Assembly (NCBI GenBank): GCA_964252035.1
Contig: OZ176205.1
Length of the DNA stretch: 64,000 nt
Strand: one strand, 5' to 3'
Origin: Podarcis erhardii
Taxonomy: Eukaryota
This document shows, in pieces, positions 61,101 through 64,000 of this stretch. The position numbers were made by a program, and so were the translations under genes. The notes below the pieces were generated by a model. That model was not told the origin of the DNA, did no database searches, and saw only the letters and a program-made list of their open reading frames with translations. The first letter of the stretch is position 1. The number at the start of each line of letters is the position of its first letter.

Positions 61101-63476
61101 AATTTCACATTAAAGCAAGGTAATGTCAAATGTGTTGGGGCTGCTCTAATATAATAATTTAATAGGTGACTCCGCACGTGCCTGTCCATGACTTGATGAC
61201 TTGCATATGTAAAACAACAATTTCATTTCAGGCTTTCACATTATTTTGTATCTCCTAAAACTAAATGCTCTGCTTTTTCCTGAAGACAACTTGTACATTC
61301 AGCTGTCGGTTAGCAAGCTATGTAGAGCTGAAAATTCAAGTGATGAATAAGTATTGTGGGATTTGAAATGTTTAACAGGGTCCATCCTACCACTGTCCCA
61401 ATAGGTTGGGTACCCTCTGGCCAATATTTGTCCCACAGACAATTAGTGAGGTGTAATTTGATCCAGAGCAAGGAAGCCTCACCAATAGGCAATGTATTCT
61501 GCTGCATCAAGCTTTGGTGTTCCTCTGACTGCAGGAACGAGACATGGAAGCACTTGTCAAGCGATTTAAAACAGATCTTCACAACTGTGTAGGCCTCATC
61601 CAGGAACCCAAGAAATTGAAGGAGAGCATCCGGGATATCTATGAAAAGTATGTGCAGAAGGCAGATATGGTAAGTGAAAGTTCTTCTCTCTCAGCAGCAG
61701 ATAACCACCATACTTCCTTTGAGCTCACTTCATTTGCTCCATCAGGTGGAAATTGTTGGCGTTGACACAGACTTGCATCAAGAGTACACACGGCAGCGAG
61801 AGCATCTTGAGCGCAACCTGGCAACACTGAAAAAGAAGGTGATAAAAGAAAGCGAGGTACATCGTGCAGACTATGTGCGCATCATGCAGGTACTAGCACT
61901 GTGAGGGGAAGTGGGCAGGTCCACTCTTCTAAATCGCTATAAGAAAAAAATTCTATTTGCTCCAGGTCCAGAAATTTCAGTTTAAATAATGAATTTCAAA
62001 TGTGGATTTGAAAAGTACTGTCGGTGGGATTCACCTAACGAGTCCCATCAGCAGAAGCCCTGCACAAGAACTTCTACTGGCACAACTGGGCTTTCCCATG
62101 TGCCCCCCTAAATTGGCTCTGTAGAGCTCAGGAGAACCCCTGTTTTGTTTTAATAGATAGGCAATGCTTACCTGGCAAATATGGAGAACACAAGAGGCAT
62201 CCCCCATTCCTTTATACCCCAAAGCATCTGCTTTGTTTAGCTCTTGGTCTTGTTCTGCATATCAGTATACTTTTCCACAATGTCAGCAATCTCTTTTTGG
62301 TGTATAGACAGTAAATTTCCTATCACCTTAGCTATGCTACATCTTGTTTCTGTAGGAAAATGTGAGCCTCATCAAGGAAATAAATGAGCTGCGGAGAGAA
62401 CTGAAGGTCACCCGTACTCAAGTTCTTGACCTCCAGTCAACCTTGGGGCTCCTTATGAAACGCAAGAAGCAACCAGCACAATCCCTAGGTAACCAAGTTG
62501 TTATTCAGCTCACTTTCCCCTTCTGTTCTTTCCTAGAATATGTTTCCATTTCTTTCCTTTTGGCCCCTTTTCCCTAGAACAGGGGTGGGCAACTGTTTTG
62601 TTCCCAAGAGCGACATGCAGCTGTTGGTGGTGCTGTATTGCCAGTGGGAGGGGTTGATCAAAAGTTGGCTGGCATGTGTAAGTCTCTCATGTTCTACACT
62701 CATTTGGTATTTTGTATTATCTAAAAAATTATGTTCTGCTGTTATTGTAGATGCTGATCCAATTAAAAAACGCACCTTACATACTTTATAGTCATATTGC
62801 TCTGGGATTAACACAGTAACAGTTGCCTTTGCAAAACAACTGGTTGTAAGCAAAGCAAAAGCCTAAGTGTTCCAACTCCCATTCAATTTCAGTTCTACTT
62901 TTCTGCAAAGAGGATTGAACAAGATGCTGTTAGTGAGCCCCCACTCCCTAAGTTAGCGTGCCACCTCCTAGAGAGAGGTAGAGAGGATGAAAACATGCAG
63001 AGGTTCTTTAGCTCCTCTCACTGCTTCCTTACTGCTTAGAGAGGGGGCAGGTGAACACGCAGTGTCCAGGAGTGTCGTGAAGTGTCCAGGAACTGTCAGT
63101 GGGCCTTGTTCTTTGCTGTAGACCTTGGAAATTGCCCAGTAATTCCAACCCCTGTTTTCCTTTTGTCCTTTCTGTTGTGTTCATGGCTATCTCTCATCCT
63201 GGCTCATCTCTTTGGGGTATTTTCTACAGTTACCAACCAAGCAATGTGATTTTTCCATTTCCTCCAGCTCCCTCCCCTGAACGGCACACTCCAACCATCC
63301 TACGGTTGAATCCAGAGGAGGAAACGGAGAGGATCATTGAAATGCAGCGGTTGGAAATCAAGTACCTCCAAGATCAAATGCAAGGGCAGGAAAAAGCTCT
63401 TGCGGTTCGGCCTACATCAGGTTCGAAACTTCCCATGCTAGAACTGGACAGAAGCAGCCGTGAACAATCACAATGA
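43151..63476 (+). CDS. CFAP57: Cilia- and flagella-associated protein 57 (WDR65), 1248 aa. Exons: 43151-43307, 44778-45094, 45965-46251, 47271-47478, 49014-49166, 49943-50082, 50748-50913, 51908-52021, 53613-53825, 54407-54580, 55425-55586, 56273-56428, 56559-56652, 57443-57633, 59198-59371, 60106-60264, 60570-60713, 60827-60943, 61535-61669, 61746-61889, 62356-62488, 63268-63476
   Basis: [13 protein letters not shown].. N-terminal WD40 repeats ([45 protein letters not shown]), then a long coiled coil ([54 protein letters not shown]). 21 GT-AG introns; 3747 nt in frame. Head-to-head with EBNA1BP2, as in human. Confidence 0.97.
43747..43896 (+). repeat. ~65-bp direct duplication with a 21-nt spacer in CFAP57 intron 1
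   Basis: 43747-43811 vs 43833-43896; they differ by one A in a run and one T/C. Confidence 0.9.
44190..44295 (+). mobile_element. CR1 LINE 3' end
   Basis: GGGGGTTGGACTAGATGACC..CCTTCCAACTCTATGATTCTATGATTC, an (ATTCTATG)n tail. Confidence 0.8.
48545..48663 (+). mobile_element. CR1 LINE 3' end
   Basis: GGGGGTTGGACTAGATGACC..TTCCAACTCTAAGATTCTATGAT. Confidence 0.8.
49861..49922 (+). repeat. 62-bp dispersed direct repeat, copy B, containing the probable branch point of CFAP57 intron 5
   Basis: 60/62 identical to 41947-42008; CTAAC lies ~20 nt upstream of the exon 6 acceptor (49942). Confidence 0.9.
51374..51608. mobile_element. Diverged Tigger/pogo-type MITE
   Basis: AGTGGTACCTC start and ..CCACTGTA end resemble the TIRs of 34084-34309. 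Confidence 0.6.
53914..54067. mobile_element. GC-rich hAT-type MITE
   Basis: TIRs CAGTGGCGGAG / CTCCGCCAGTG; imperfect 8-bp TSD GCTGTAGC / GCTGTGAC. Confidence 0.65.
58006..58449 (-). mobile_element. Tc2-like non-autonomous element, same family as 13497-14291
   Basis: TIRs CCGTATTTTTTGCTCTATA / TGTAGAGCGAAAAATACGG; shared internal GAGGAAAAGCCCCCAAGAG and CCCTTTAAAGAG. Confidence 0.8.
58515..58640 (-). mobile_element. L2-type LINE 3' fragment
   Basis: Minus strand ..GTGAACCGGCCTGAGACC..AGGGCAGTATATAAATCCAATAAAT, a typical squamate L2-like 3' end. Confidence 0.55.
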
Positions 63477-64000
63477 CACGTGCAGAAGGCATCCAAACTT
63501 AGCTAATCTTCTCTGCATCTCTAGAGCAAGGACCCCTTTGGGTTCTTTGTTTTTGTTTTAGCACCTCTGATTCTGGATAGGGAAAGGAAACAATAAACAG
63601 GTCAGACCAGATTTGTCTGCCTCTTGCTAATACGTTACAAGTCTCCAAACAGGAGAAACAAGTGAAAAAACATGCAGAGCACCAGGGAAAAAGCTGGCTG
63701 CTCATAGGTGAGGCCATATCTCTACCACACAGCATAGCTCTGTTTCAACTCAAAGCAAAAATCCTGTTGGAGACAGGACCCTTGTGCCTAGCACTGATGC
63801 AAGAAAGTCTCGACTCTACACATTCTCTGTCCTCTGAGCTAGTCTGGGAAATAAACGATTGCCTGCATCTTTCCCCATTGGCAGCCAAACTTTGATTGAT
63901 GAACCTGAGACCTGTTGGTACACTCTGTGGCAGATCCGTTGCTCTGTTCTGAGTTGCTTTTCCAGCTATTTGCAGAACAGTAAGTCTGTGCATGGCTGAC

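Noticed and set aside
9051-63476. Minor-spliceosome or non-canonical introns
   Set aside because: All reconstructed introns are GT-AG, and I saw no GTATCCTT/ATATCC donors.

Overview
This is vertebrate genomic DNA from a squamate, very probably a lacertid lizard (Sauria SINE, squamate L2/CR1 tails and MITEs). It is not prokaryotic, so the six-frame ORF track is mostly shadows and single exons. I rebuilt six spliced genes by hand from GT-AG boundaries and reading phase. They alternate in strand as three head-to-head pairs: <-ZPBP-like membrane protein (9051-18144) | SNAPC2-> (18586-21213); <-PIF1 (22788-30854) | CFAP144/FAM183A-> (31273-35569); <-EBNA1BP2 (36393-42327) | CFAP57-> (43151-63476). 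Each shared promoter has an RFX X-box-like motif and pairs a sperm/cilia gene with a housekeeping or cell-cycle gene. The window starts inside a near-intact Penelope-like retroelement (RT + GIY-YIG) whose ORF ends inside a minimal type I hammerhead ribozyme motif. The most notable items are: (1) a 541-aa membrane-anchored paralog of the normally soluble ZPBP/Sp38 acrosomal proteins, with four tandem dileucine sorting motifs in its tail; (2) the PLE hammerhead; (3) a Sauria SINE with a 111-bp target-site duplication ending in a PIF1 splice acceptor; (4) paired opposite-strand poly(A) signals at both convergent junctions. Gene names come from my recall of orthologous protein sequences; no database search was run. 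I could not confidently assign region 2.2-9 kb.
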